Source: an uncultured Methanosarcinaceae archaeon (GTDB taxonomy: Archaea > Halobacteriota > Methanosarcinia > Methanosarcinales > Methanosarcinaceae). From it: a stretch of DNA of 64,000 nt. This document shows, piece by piece, positions 1-10,197 of the stretch (positions within the stretch are counted from its first letter, which is position 1; the number at the start of each line of letters is the position of its first letter). The stretch is from contig CAVRJG010000052.1 in assembly GCA_963721455.1 (NCBI GenBank), positions 162,421 through 226,420 on the forward strand, read 5' to 3'. Below the pieces are notes generated by a model. The model was not told the origin of the DNA and did not search any database. It saw nothing but the letters and a program-made list of their open reading frames with translations. The translations under genes and the position numbers were made by a program.

Positions 1-1
1 C

Positions 2-106
2 CCGAACATCTCGGAAGCCCGGATTGTAGCAAGAGTATCTGCAGAAATCAGGGGCCTCCTGATGATTGACTCTTTTGAGAGAGCTGCCAGGGTTATAGCC
101 CTGTGA
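2..106 (+). CDS. 3' end of a CDS running in from outside the window (unidentified)
   Basis: Open frame PNISEARIVARVSAEIRGLLMIDSFERAARVIAL* ends at TGA 104-106. Confidence 0.5.
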   Translation, partial: PNISEARIVARVSAEIRGLLMIDSFERAARVIAL

Positions 107-276
107 GTATAACTCTTTGAAGGCGGGGCAAAGACTTCCCCTTTGATTGAGGATTTGTTGATAGAAATACGCATATGTACCAGAACTCTTCTATTTTTTT
201 ACGTTGGACTTTTTCCTGAGATTCAAGTGCTTACTTCTAGTCTTCTGAATACGATTATTTTGAATACGACTAAAAC

Positions 277-930
277 TCAATTCACCCCTTTTACGATACT
301 TTCCACCAGATCCCAATCATGGTCATAGACATGCGCTGAAATGCTGATAGTAGTGATCGTTCCGGGTTCTGTTCCTACCCTGTCAGCCACGTACTCGAGG
401 AGTTTCGAGAGCCCGTAAAGGTTTGCCGGGTAAGCTCCTCCGAAATCATGGCTTCTGAAGAGAGTCGTGAGATGCACTTTTCCATCCCTGATCTTAAAAT
501 CATCGAGCATCATGCAGGGAACTTCATTAACTTTCGTATCTACAGGAGGAATCCAGGTGATGGCTATTGCTCGCCTGGAGGTAGGGCTTTCCTGCAGCTT
601 TTCGATCACGTACTCTATCTGGTCTACTTTTCCGTTCCAGTTCCTAAGACGCTGCCCATACGTGTACTCGAAGTCCTGTGCGTTTTCTCCCGAGATAAGC
701 TGTTTTGCGTACTCTTCAAGCCTTTCCTCATTCCAGGCAGTATCTTCAGGAATCCTGTCCGTATAGGGATCTTCAATTACCACCATCAAGTCCATGAATT
801 CCCTGATCTGGCTTCCTCTCTCATCAGTAATCACAGTCCCGTGATTCCAGATGATATTAAGCCCGCGGTACCATGCATCAGAGATGCTTTTTGCCCTGAT
901 GATCCTGCCAATCTCAAACCTGTCTTCCAT
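277..930 (-). CDS. thyA: Archaeal thymidylate synthase (ThyA family)
   Basis: FEYTYGQRL, SRRA, VPCM, FRSHD, YPANL and SAHVY motifs; ATG at 930 has a GGGAG SD. Confidence 0.9.
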   Translation of the reverse strand: MEDRFEIGRIIRAKSISDAWYRGLNIIWNHGTVITDERGSQIREFMDLMVVIEDPYTDRIPEDTAWNEERLEEYAKQLISGENAQDFEYTYGQRLRNWNGKVDQIEYVIEKLQESPTSRRAIAITWIPPVDTKVNEVPCMMLDDFKIRDGKVHLTTLFRSHDFGGAYPANLYGLSKLLEYVADRVGTEPGTITTISISAHVYDHDWDLVESIVKGVN

Positions 931-1276
931 TGAAAACTCCCCGATAAAATCAGGATAGGGTGTGGACAATTAATATCATAATTCAATTACAAAAATATCC
1001 TTCTGATTTTTGCCAGCTTTTTTCCCTTCGAGTTGCTATTTTTATGTCTATTCTTTATCCGTTTTCTTTATCTAAAACTTTCTTTTATAAGTGCTTTTTC
1101 TCAAGTACAATCTGAAAATCTCACTATGTATATTGGTAGCATATATCACGCTTATCTTAAAAAAATTCCGGATAAAAAGAAGATCTGGAGAAAAGGAGTC
1201 AGATAATAAATTGAAGAACAGGAATTGAAGAAAAAAGTGAAGGAAAAGAAAAGAAATAAAGGTCCGAGAAATATTC

Positions 1277-2137
1277 TCAGAACCTCATTGCTCTCAGACG
1301 CTTTACCCTCTCCTCGGTTACCGGGTGGGTCCTGAAGAGAGACTGAATCGCCCCGCCCTTGAGGGGGTTGACGATAAACATATGGGCGCTGCTTTCCTTT
1401 GCCTGCACATCTGAGACGCTTGGCTTGTAATGGGAATTCCCATATTCGAGTTTTTCAAGGGCACTGGCAAGAGCCCAGGGTTTTCTGCAAATGCTGGCTC
1501 CTTCTGCATCAGCTGCATATTCTCTTGACCTTGAGATTGCAAGCTGGATCAGAGTTGCAGCAATCGGTGCCACAATGGCCATAGCGATAAGGCCTACGAT
1601 TCCGCCGTTGTCATCGTCCCTGCCGCCAAAGCCGCCAAATATTGCAGCCCACTGCGCCATATTAGCCATCATTGTGACAACACCTGCAAGGGTTGCAGCT
1701 ATTGCACTTATCAGGGTGTCCCTGTTCTTTACATGTGCCAGCTCGTGTGCCAGCACGCCTTCCAGCTCTTCATAAGAGAGCAACTCAAGAATTCCGGTCG
1801 TAGCAGCCACAGCCGCATGTTTTGGGTCTCTGCCGGTTGCAAAGGCATTTGGCATTCCAGACTCAACGATGTACACTTTGGGTTTTGGTAGTCCTGATTT
1901 CATAACCAGTCCATCCACGATCCTGTGCAGGTTCGGGGCTTCCGCAGGGGAAACTTCCTTTGCTTTGTACATCTTGAGGACTATCTTGTCGCTGTACCAG
2001 TAGCTTCCGAAATTGAGGATTACTGCAAACGCGAATGCAATGATCATTCCGCCTCTACCACCGAAGTAATCTCCTATCAGAACCAGGAGACCTGTAAGGG
2101 CAGCAAGCAAAATTGTAGTTTTAAACATGTTCTTCAT
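1277..2137 (-). CDS. htpX: Zinc metalloprotease HtpX (M48)
   Basis: PNAFATG, AHELAH (HExxH), SRSREY.AD and THP motifs; TM segments. Confidence 0.95.
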   Translation of the reverse strand: MKNMFKTTILLAALTGLLVLIGDYFGGRGGMIIAFAFAVILNFGSYWYSDKIVLKMYKAKEVSPAEAPNLHRIVDGLVMKSGLPKPKVYIVESGMPNAFATGRDPKHAAVAATTGILELLSYEELEGVLAHELAHVKNRDTLISAIAATLAGVVTMMANMAQWAAIFGGFGGRDDDNGGIVGLIAMAIVAPIAATLIQLAISRSREYAADAEGASICRKPWALASALEKLEYGNSHYKPSVSDVQAKESSAHMFIVNPLKGGAIQSLFRTHPVTEERVKRLRAMRF

Positions 2138-2617
2138 GACTTCTCACACGACGTCCTCCCAGGCTAATGTCTGGGTTTTCGGTCTTTGATTTCTATGCTC
2201 TGAACTTTTTTGTTAAGTTGGATCAAGTAAAATCAGCAGTATATATTCTGACTACAGGTATATATTTTTTTATCCTGCATCAGGTAAGTTGATACAATTG
2301 TGTTATTCTGGTTTCCTTATTTATCTATAATTAATTTGGAATTCTATGAAATGGAAAAATTGTTCTCAAAATGGGGAAATTCAGATTTTATATAACATAT
2401 TTTATCCTTCCCTCCAGAAATGCCCCGATGTTTTAAACTTATAATACCCAGTAATATTTCTGTTCTGGTATATTTATATTTGGTCTATTTTGAGTAGTGA
2501 TTTTGATTTGAAATCAAACTAATTATTAAACCCCGTATATATGTATTTATTGAAAGATATTTTTTATGGGGTTGATTTCTTCAGTAAATGGAGACGGAGG
2601 ACCAATCCATCAAATGT

Positions 2618-3526
2618 TCATATCACTCCGTCTTCAAAATAATCCGTATCCATCTTTTTAACGTCGTAAGACTTTACTTTCGAAACTCCTACGTCATATT
2701 CAATCATTAGCCTTGCAAGCGTTTCCCCATCAACCAAAACAATGTTCCCCGTAAGATCGGCATATTCAATAGCTTCTTTTGAAAAACTCGAGGTCGTTAT
2801 GAAAACTCCCTTCTTCGCCTTCTTTCCTATCAGGGCTCCGGCAAATTTCTGGATCTCAGGTCTTGCGACTGTACCTTCCCAGCGTTTTGCTTGGATATAA
2901 ATGACATCAAGCCCAAGCCTGTCTTCCTTTATGATTCCATCGATCCCACCATCGTGGCTTTTGCCGACTGCTCTTCCTGCATCTGTTCTTGATCCTCCAT
3001 ATCCCATTTTTGTCAGGATATCGATTACCGTGGACTCAAAAAAAGTTGGAGAACATTTTTTTACTGCTGAAAGTATTTCTAAAACGAGCTCATTGTGAAG
3101 TTGCTGGTAAGAGAGTTCAAGGTTTTCTCTTGGATCTAGCTGTTCGGTTTCGCCTTTATCGAGATCAGTAATTTCAGCTTGTTTCCCTCGGCGAAACTCG
3201 TTAAATTCTTCGTATCGTGTTAAAAAATTAACATCTATTGATACAGGATTTTCTCTCAATACAGCCAGTCCTTTTTGGGTAATGGAAAAATACCCCTTCT
3301 TTCCGGAATTCAATAATCCGGCTTTTTTCAGATAAGTGCTAGCCCATCCGACTCTGTTCTTAAAAACAGCTTGCTGGCCGCTTGGCAGTAGCTCCTTTCT
3401 TTCCTCTTCACTTAGCCTGAATTCTTCAGCTAACTTTTCTACTGCATCGCGGATTCGATGCTCTTTGCCGTCTCCCGCATATTTTAGCAAAGGGAGCATT
3501 ACGGATTGATAATCGGGAATTACCAT
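2618..3526 (-). CDS. mrr: Mrr type IV restriction endonuclease
   Basis: N-terminal MVIPDYQSVMLPLL (Mrr_N); DGGIDGII...YIQAKRW catalytic motif. Confidence 0.92.
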   Translation of the reverse strand: MVIPDYQSVMLPLLKYAGDGKEHRIRDAVEKLAEEFRLSEEERKELLPSGQQAVFKNRVGWASTYLKKAGLLNSGKKGYFSITQKGLAVLRENPVSIDVNFLTRYEEFNEFRRGKQAEITDLDKGETEQLDPRENLELSYQQLHNELVLEILSAVKKCSPTFFESTVIDILTKMGYGGSRTDAGRAVGKSHDGGIDGIIKEDRLGLDVIYIQAKRWEGTVARPEIQKFAGALIGKKAKKGVFITTSSFSKEAIEYADLTGNIVLVDGETLARLMIEYDVGVSKVKSYDVKKMDTDYFEDGVI

Positions 3527-3603
3527 TAGATCACTCGAAATCTGGATTAATTTTGTTCAGAACTTTGAGTGACTCTCTTTTTATAGTTTATTATTTTGTT
3601 ATA

Positions 3604-4164
3604 TCATTCCTCGACTTTATACTCCAACCTCACCAGTCCATTTTCGTACCTTTCTACCTTGCCAGTCGTGAGTCTGATCTCTTTCCCGATGCGGTCAAAC
3701 AGCGGAATCCCACTCCCGAGAATTATGGGAACCACGAAAATAATAAGATCCTGCACAAGGTTTTCTTCGAGAAACACTTTAATAAGCTGCGAACCGCCTA
3801 CGAGCCAGATATCCTCTTCAGTATTCTCCTTTAGATCACGCACAAATTTCCCGATGTCCCCGGAAACGAATTCTACGTTATTTTCGCGGCGCAGGGGTTC
3901 TTTTTGCCTGGTAAATACGTATGACTTCTTCTCTCCGTAAGGCCAGTCTCCGAATCCAAGAACCTGCTCGTAGGTCTTCCTACCCATAAGGACTGTGCCG
4001 ATTGATGCGTAAAACTCGGAATAGCCGTAATCTGTTTCAGGGTTGTTTTCATATTCGGTTAACCAGTTGATGCTGCCGTCTTCTCGGGCGATAAAACTGT
4101 CAAGACTTGTTGCTATGTAGAGTTTTATTATGGGTGTGTTTTCTTTCATTGTCATGCTCCCCAT
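3604..4164 (-). CDS. Dihydrofolate reductase / RibD C-terminal family protein
   Basis: YIATSLD.FIA, LMGRKTYE, IWLVGG and PIILGSGIPLF motifs. Confidence 0.88.
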   Translation of the reverse strand: MGSMTMKENTPIIKLYIATSLDSFIAREDGSINWLTEYENNPETDYGYSEFYASIGTVLMGRKTYEQVLGFGDWPYGEKKSYVFTRQKEPLRRENNVEFVSGDIGKFVRDLKENTEEDIWLVGGSQLIKVFLEENLVQDLIIFVVPIILGSGIPLFDRIGKEIRLTTGKVERYENGLVRLEYKVEE

Positions 4165-4636
4165 TTTAGTGAAATATATGGTTTTATGTTGATTTCACTT
4201 CTTATTTATTGTTTCATTTCAGGCTTTGTATGGTTCAGGCCGTTCGCAAGCGAACGGAAAAAGAAAGGTTTGGTACGGCATTCACGCAGCTCATGTGAAG
4301 TTTTTGGGCTTGTTTTTCGCCTGCCTTTTACAGAATCCAGTTGGGTTTCCTCACAATATCATATTTTTCTCATAATGGTCTCCTATAGAGGACCAGAATA
4401 TCGTGAAATTGGTCTTCTATACAGGACCACTTACCGCAAGCTTACCCAGAAATCATAAGCTTTCTACCTTCCCCTTTCATCCACTGCATCAATTTTGAAT
4501 GCTCAATGAACAGAGTTCCGGTTGAAGTGAGTAAGAAGTTTGAAGGGAAAAAAGGGAGTTAAATGAGAGTTTGGGGGAAATCAAAAGGAGCTTAGCAGCA
4601 GTTAAATGAGAGTTTAAAAAAAGGGGAGTTCCTCTT

Positions 4637-5548
4637 TCAATAATAATGGATTTTTGCGAGATTTCTTCGAATAGCACGCCTGTACTTTACTGCAGGGTAA
4701 CCGAAAATGACTACTATTCCCGGTTGGTTTCGGGGATTGATTCCGTACTTTTCTTTCACTTCTTTTCCTCCATTTTTCAGCATTGGGCCGATGGTTCCTA
4801 TCATGCAGCTTCCAAGGTCCAGAGTTTCGGCGGCAAGCATTGCATAGGTGGCTGTGATAAAGGGATCTGCTGGGTCAGCATAAGGAGAGGCGTGGAAGTA
4901 CATGGCAAGGGGGGCTCCGTAGAGCAGGTAATCAGTGTCTTCTGTTCTCATTTCTTCAAAGATTTCGATCGCCGGATACATGAATTTGTCCATGACTTCA
5001 TACTCTTCCTTCTTCATGAAAGGCCGCATCAGGAGAAGTGCGGGTTTTGAAAATATCCATTTCTGGCTTTTCATGTGCTCTAACATGTCATCGGAAAATT
5101 CCCTTACTTTTTCTTTTCCGTTTATAACCAGGACCTCAACATCGGAAGGTGGAATTCCCATGGGTGCCGTGCTTGCTGCTGCCAGGATCCTGTCTATTTT
5201 CTCATGTTCAACTTCCCTGTCCTCGAATTCCCGGATGCTGCGCCTGGCAAGCATGAGAGCCATAAGTTCTTCGTACCCGGCTCGGTTTTCTTTCGCCGGG
5301 ATATCCATAAAGGAAGTCTGGGATATATCTCTTCCTTCAACCGTGATGGCTCCTGTGGGGCAAACTGCAACACAGTGCCCGCAGCCGATGCAGCCGAAAT
5401 AGCGGGTTTGGTCGACCCTTACTTTATCGTTTTCAAGGTAGAGAGGGGCTCCTTTGCAGACTTTGACACAGAGGCCGCAGGCCTTACACTTCTCATAATC
5501 GATCCTGACGGTTGCGGTTTCAGAGTGTCTGGCTGTGGGGATGGCCAT
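4637..5548 (-). CDS. Nitroreductase family protein with N-terminal 2x[4Fe-4S] ferredoxin
   Basis: CKACGLCVKVC and CIGCGHCVAVCP; RRSIREF; LGSCMIG; VIFGYP. Confidence 0.9.
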   Translation of the reverse strand: MAIPTARHSETATVRIDYEKCKACGLCVKVCKGAPLYLENDKVRVDQTRYFGCIGCGHCVAVCPTGAITVEGRDISQTSFMDIPAKENRAGYEELMALMLARRSIREFEDREVEHEKIDRILAAASTAPMGIPPSDVEVLVINGKEKVREFSDDMLEHMKSQKWIFSKPALLLMRPFMKKEEYEVMDKFMYPAIEIFEEMRTEDTDYLLYGAPLAMYFHASPYADPADPFITATYAMLAAETLDLGSCMIGTIGPMLKNGGKEVKEKYGINPRNQPGIVVIFGYPAVKYRRAIRRNLAKIHYY

Positions 5549-5805
5549 ACGTTTTATTCTGAACGACAGTTATAAAAATCTTTTGTTGAATGTGGGTTGA
5601 CTAGAACTGAAAATATCTTTCCTGTCAGTTTGAGCATCTCTTTTTAAGGATTTGGGACAGTTGTGATCTGCATACAGTGTGAAAACTTTTCTAGATTAAA
5701 TCATTCAATTCAACCAAAATCTATTTATAGTAAAATACGGTAATAGATTTCCGTAGCCACAATATTAAATAAGGGACTACAGCAAAAGAAAAGGAGATCC
5801 GGAAG

Positions 5806-5940
5806 ATGAAAAAAGCAACCCAGAAGACTTCTCTCAAGCCCGTTTTACATGGGTTTTTGTTGAGCAACGGCAAGTTCCTCACTCCCGCGGAAATGGAAAT
5901 CATGGAAAGCCTCGGGGTTGTGCGGACAACAAAAATTTAA
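5806..5940 (+). CDS. Candidate 44-aa small protein (MKKATQKTSLKPVLHGFLLSNGKFLTPAEMEIMESLGVVRTTKI)
   Basis: AAGGAGA SD upstream of the ATG, TATA-like TTTATA near 5724, host-like codons; below the ORF-track cutoff. Confidence 0.45.
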   Translation: MKKATQKTSLKPVLHGFLLSNGKFLTPAEMEIMESLGVVRTTKI

Positions 5941-6342
5941 GATTCAAAATTACAGGAAAAGGACACACGGTTAAAAGGTCAAAAAACGCTTCAAGAAAAA
6001 TCTGAAAATAACTCCTCAAAAGTCGTCAATCTATTAAATAACCTCCAGAAATCCAACAAAACAACCTCTAATAAAAATCCAGCAAAAGAACTTCTGATAA
6101 AAGTTCAGCAAAACAACCTCCAATATCCAATAAAAAACTGCAAAAAGCCAGAGAAGTTATTTAAATACTGATTCACGCCAGAAACTATTAAGCTCAAAAA
6201 TAGTCATGGAAGCCGAATCGATAAATAAAAAAGCAAATTGAATAATTTATTAAAAATTATCCGGTTGACCTGTTAATCTCTGTGTCCTTTCTGTATTTAA
6301 ATTCCTTATTTTCTATCTCTTTTTAGCAGACATTTTAGCAAA

Positions 6343-6464
6343 GAGCTTATCCCAAAACTCGAAATTAAGTCCGAATCTAAATTCGATGGACAATTGATTT
6401 CTGATTATGAGAATGGTTCTAATTTCTTATTGGTATGAAAATAAATTGGTTTTGGGATAAGCTC
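6343..6464. mobile_element. 122-bp MITE (IS5-like ends)
   Basis: Perfect 16-bp TIR GAGCTTATCCCAAAAC / GTTTTGGGATAAGCTC; 3-bp AAA on both flanks. Confidence 0.8.
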
Positions 6465-6498
6465 AAACATAAAATGCAGGCAAACACTTGCATCGGAA

Positions 6499-7020
6499 TT
6501 AATTTCCGTTCTTTCTAAACAAATATGTTCTTTTTCCTTTCTTTTTCAGCCTGAAAAGCCTTTTTCTGGTTACCTTCTCAATTATTTCGTCCTCTCTCAT
6601 ATGGTGGTCACTAAAAGACAGGACGCCGTCAGTTTTCAAGACGCGGTGAAGTTCTCTCAAGACAACTTCCGGTTTGTTAAGGGTATGGTACGTATCATAG
6701 AAAAGGACTGCATCAAGGCTTGCGTCGGGAAGACCTGTATCGTAATCGGAAAGGATAGTTTCTATGTTTGTCAGGTGTCTTATGGATGCCAGGCTCCTGA
6801 CCATTTCAAGCGCAACCGGATTGATATCAAGGGCATAGACCTTCCCTGAAGGGCCAACCATTTCGGAGGTATCAGGAATATAGGACCCCGAGCCGCAGCC
6901 ATAATCCAGAACCCTGAAACCGGGTTTTATTCCGGCTTCTTCCAGGACCCTTCTGCGGGGAAAAAAGAAATCCCTGAACCTGAACATAAGCGTGATTGCA
7001 TGAAATTGAAAGTCAGACAT
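6499..7020 (-). CDS. Class I SAM-dependent methyltransferase
   Basis: VLDYGCGSG motif I; VYALDI; RVLKTDG. Confidence 0.88.
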   Translation of the reverse strand: MSDFQFHAITLMFRFRDFFFPRRRVLEEAGIKPGFRVLDYGCGSGSYIPDTSEMVGPSGKVYALDINPVALEMVRSLASIRHLTNIETILSDYDTGLPDASLDAVLFYDTYHTLNKPEVVLRELHRVLKTDGVLSFSDHHMREDEIIEKVTRKRLFRLKKKGKRTYLFRKNGN

Positions 7021-7257
7021 CGGCTTTTCCGTGATGATCCCTTCCTTTGCGGTGATTGATAGTCCAGATTTTTCTTTTGCAGGCAGTTATTTCACTTCAA
7101 ATCTATTTTGAAATTCACATGTCTTATATTTTGCCTGTAAAAGGCTATCTTATTTTTACCTCAGAAATACTCTGAAACTCGACCCGGAATTCCTCTCTAA
7201 AATATGACTGGAGTAACTTTATGAAGTAGGGCGACTTATACGTCGTGCAAGGAAAGA

Positions 7258-8073
7258 GTGACAACCATGAAAGCCGCCTGCATCCAGATGAATATCTCCC
7301 TTTGCTCAAAGCATGAAAACCTTGAACGTGCCCTCTTCCTGGCAGAAGAAGCGGTTTCAAAAGAAGCTGAGTTACTTGTCTTTCCGGAAGTTTTCTCAAC
7401 AGGTTTTTGTTATGACCGCATAAGGGAGGTGGCTGAAACTGCTTCCGGTCCCACTCTCGAAGCTTTATGTGATTTTTCAAAGGAACATGGGTGTATTCTT
7501 GCAGGTTCAATGATCGAACAGAGAGAAAGGGATGCAATAAGTACAGAAAAGCAGGTTCCTTCTCAGTTCAACCTGGGTTTCTGCATCGAATCCGGAAAGC
7601 TAGCCGGTATCCACCGGAAAACCCAGCTTTATGGTTCAGAAAAAGAACACTTTGCACTTGGAGACCGGATCTCCCCTATCAGGCTGCAAAAATACGGGCT
7701 TTCAATCGGGCTCATAGTTTGTAACGAACTCCGGTATCCTGAAGTTGCCCGAAAACTGGCTCTTGAAGGAGCAGATTTGCTTGTTTCGGCTGCCGACATT
7801 CCTGACTTTTATATATATCCCTGGCGCATTATGTCCATTTCCCGAGCGCTTGAAAACCAGCTGCCGCATATCGCCTGCAACAGGGTTGGGAAAGACAGGT
7901 ATTCGACTTATCCGGGCAGCTCTTTTATTGCCGACGGCTGGGGCCGGATTCTGGCAGAAGCCGGAAAGGAAGAATGCGTCCTGATAGGGGAAATCGATCT
8001 TGACGAGGCAAAGGAAATCAGGCAAACTGGCTCAATTCTCGAAGACCGCAGAACTGACCTTTATTTAATCTAG
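7258..8073 (+). CDS. Carbon-nitrogen hydrolase (nitrilase family)
   Basis: VFPE, HRKTQL and IVCNE give the E-K-C triad; RALEN; DRRTDLY. Confidence 0.9.
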   Translation: MTTMKAACIQMNISLCSKHENLERALFLAEEAVSKEAELLVFPEVFSTGFCYDRIREVAETASGPTLEALCDFSKEHGCILAGSMIEQRERDAISTEKQVPSQFNLGFCIESGKLAGIHRKTQLYGSEKEHFALGDRISPIRLQKYGLSIGLIVCNELRYPEVARKLALEGADLLVSAADIPDFYIYPWRIMSISRALENQLPHIACNRVGKDRYSTYPGSSFIADGWGRILAEAGKEECVLIGEIDLDEAKEIRQTGSILEDRRTDLYLI

Positions 8074-8270
8074 AGTCTTTTTAATTTTTTCTGGTTTTTC
8101 TTCAATTTCGAAAAAATCATGAAATTTCATCGTAATTTGAGTAAACCAATTGACTCATTTTGGAAAAGTTGATTCATTCCTGCAAAATTTTATACAATTA
8201 TTCACTACGTTACTTATTTTTGTGGAAATTTTCATTAGCTACCGCTATAGGAATCCAAGTTTGGATTGAA

Positions 8271-9168
8271 TCCACTTTCCGCAGGTGCGACAAGAAGCTA
8301 TACTATGAATCGCGCCATTACGCTACCTCTTCCATTTGAGGTAATCCTATTGTGACATGCATAAATGGTAACGTTTGTGTGTGGAGCTTCACATGACAAT
8401 ATCAAGAAATCAAGGAGCCTGACTTTGATAATTGGTTAGGATAAGAATACTATGAAGAACGTAAAGTGAACCATCGTAAGAATCGTGAAGTGGGATAAGC
8501 GCAAAGCAGGTTGATGCGCTTAACCAAAAGGTACAGAATCGGGCTATAATGGGTCTGCGGACATTATGGCAAATGGACAAATGATTCTCGGTTTATAGAT
8601 GGCTTCTAAGGTATTCACATTATTTGTAGTATAGAACTTGGTAAGCCCTAAATGCTCCCATAATGGGTATGACTCCCGCGAGGGATAACGATGGCATTGA
8701 GGGTGAGAGGATTCAGTAAAAAGCGAATGCCAATCTGTAATGGATTGGACAGAGGTTCAAACTTTGCCTCAATCCGAAAGGATGCAGACTTACTGATGGT
8801 GTTTTTTTTTGTGTGAATGGAAACAAACCTACAAATGTAAGATACTCAACGACACCAATAGGTGAGAGGCTTACAGACAATTATGTTAGTGGGCTGTTAT
8901 CCGGAATCACAAAATCAGTTATGCAAATAACTGGTGCCTGATACAGAAAGGGTTTGAAAACACTCGAGCCGTATGAAGGGAAACTTTCAAGTACGGTTCC
9001 TAGGGGAGAAAGGAGGAGTAATCCTCCCTACTTACCCGACATGTACACAAGAATGCCACCGATTTTCCCTATCTGGCAGTCGTTCAAAAATTAACTCCTC
9101 ATTTGATAAGTTATTTTGGACAAGTCGGCAAATTAATTCTACATCTGTGTACATCTGCGGAATGTCGG
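8271..9168. mobile_element. IS1634-derived MITE (142 bp when intron-free) whose left TIR is interrupted by a group II intron
   Basis: Removing 8285-9040 joins TCCACTTTCCGCAG+ATGTACACA, which matches the reverse complement of 9146-9168 (CCGACATTCCGCAGATGTACACA) at 20/23; same core as the IS1634 ends at 11446, 13372 and 62964. Confidence 0.8.
8285..9040 (+). ncRNA. ORF-less group II intron, copy 1 (756 nt)
   Basis: 5' GTGCGAC; domain V GAGCCGTATGAAGGGAAACTTTCAAGTACGGTTC (8966-8999); domain VI hairpin ending CCGAC; EBS1 CTGCGG in a hairpin loop at 8555; EBS2 AAGTGG at 8488. Confidence 0.93.
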
Positions 9169-9295
9169 TTTTACACTGTACTTATCTATTTTCACAAACA
9201 GACTCATCGATTTAATTCCAAAATAATTATATGTTGCCTAGGTTATTTCGTAACCGGTCCTAAGTAAATTGAAATTGCCTCATCATCAAAAATAA

Positions 9296-10075
9296 TTAAT
9301 TTTTCAATTTTACATATACTGAAGTATCTTCGATCTTTGTTTCCAGAATCTCGTTGCATTCATTTTTTATAAGGTTCATCAATTTTTTATGACCATAGGT
9401 GCGGGGATCAAAGGAGGACTTTATTTTCTGAAGGTTCTGGTTTAGTAAGGAAAGGTGAATCCAACTGTCTGCAGTATCTGCCATTTCATAGGCTGTTCTG
9501 ATCAAGGAAAATAGCTCTTCCTTGTCGTTTATTCCCTGTTTTTCAGATGTTTCTATTATCTCATTCTCTTTCTCGTTTTCTGTAGGGTTCATCAGGTTTT
9601 CTACATACACAAAAAGTTCACAAGCATTGCTAAAAGCTTCAGGAGTCTGTTTTTTCCCTATTCCCATGACAAATTTGTTATCTTCCCTGAAACGGGTGGC
9701 AAGCCGGGTATAGTCACTGTCACTTGAGACGATTGCAATACCGTCTATGTTTCCTTTATGGAGAATGTCCATCGCATCTATTATCAGAGAACTGTCCGTT
9801 GAGTTCTTCCCAGTGGTATACGCAAATTGCTGTTGAGGTGTGATCGCCTTCTTGTGCAGGTATTGTTTCCAGGAACTCATTTGTTGGTTTGTCCAGTCTC
9901 CATAAATCCTTTTAACGGTTACGATCCCGTATTTTGAAACTTCTGTTAGAATCGGTTCTAAAGAATCAGGCTGAGCATTGTCTCCATCAATTAGGACGGC
10001 AATTTTCCGTTCAGTTATATGGTAGTAGTTTCCGCGCTCCTCTATCCAGGTTTTAGCACCTACTTCAGAACTCAT
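9296..10075 (-). CDS. NYN-domain (LabA/DUF88) protein with C-terminal OST-HTH/LOTUS domain
   Basis: AVLIDGDNA, RIYGDW, GKNSTDSSLIIDAMD, VSSDSDY and FDPRTYG motifs. Confidence 0.9.
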   Translation of the reverse strand: MSSEVGAKTWIEERGNYYHITERKIAVLIDGDNAQPDSLEPILTEVSKYGIVTVKRIYGDWTNQQMSSWKQYLHKKAITPQQQFAYTTGKNSTDSSLIIDAMDILHKGNIDGIAIVSSDSDYTRLATRFREDNKFVMGIGKKQTPEAFSNACELFVYVENLMNPTENEKENEIIETSEKQGINDKEELFSLIRTAYEMADTADSWIHLSLLNQNLQKIKSSFDPRTYGHKKLMNLIKNECNEILETKIEDTSVYVKLKN

Positions 10076-10197
10076 AAATTAAGTAATATTTCTATCTTTT
10101 ATTTATACCATATAGTTTTAAAGTCAGACTGTTGGCTGGAGGCGGTTTTTGTCGTTTTATTTGTATCCTCTTCAAATTGAGTGGAAAGCTTTCAATT

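Noticed and set aside
277-4164. thyA and the DHFR-like gene as a folate/thymidylate module
   Set aside because: They are separated by htpX and mrr and are not operonic, and the RibD-C/DHFR-like family is functionally broad
7020-7046. ACG start (GGAAGGG-6nt-ACG GAA AAG CCG ATG) for the methyltransferase
   Set aside because: An in-frame ATG lies only four codons downstream; this cannot be decided without orthologs
9036-9049. Intron 3' end plus exon (CCGAC|AT) recreating the start of the TIR variant CCGACAT
   Set aside because: CCGAC/CCGAT-type endings are common for group II domain VI and the TTCCGCAG core is missing, so this is probably coincidence
8973-9215. Track ORFs 8973-9215, 60856-61113 and 60899-61162 as proteins
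   Set aside because: They overlap structured intron RNA domains and have no RT motifs
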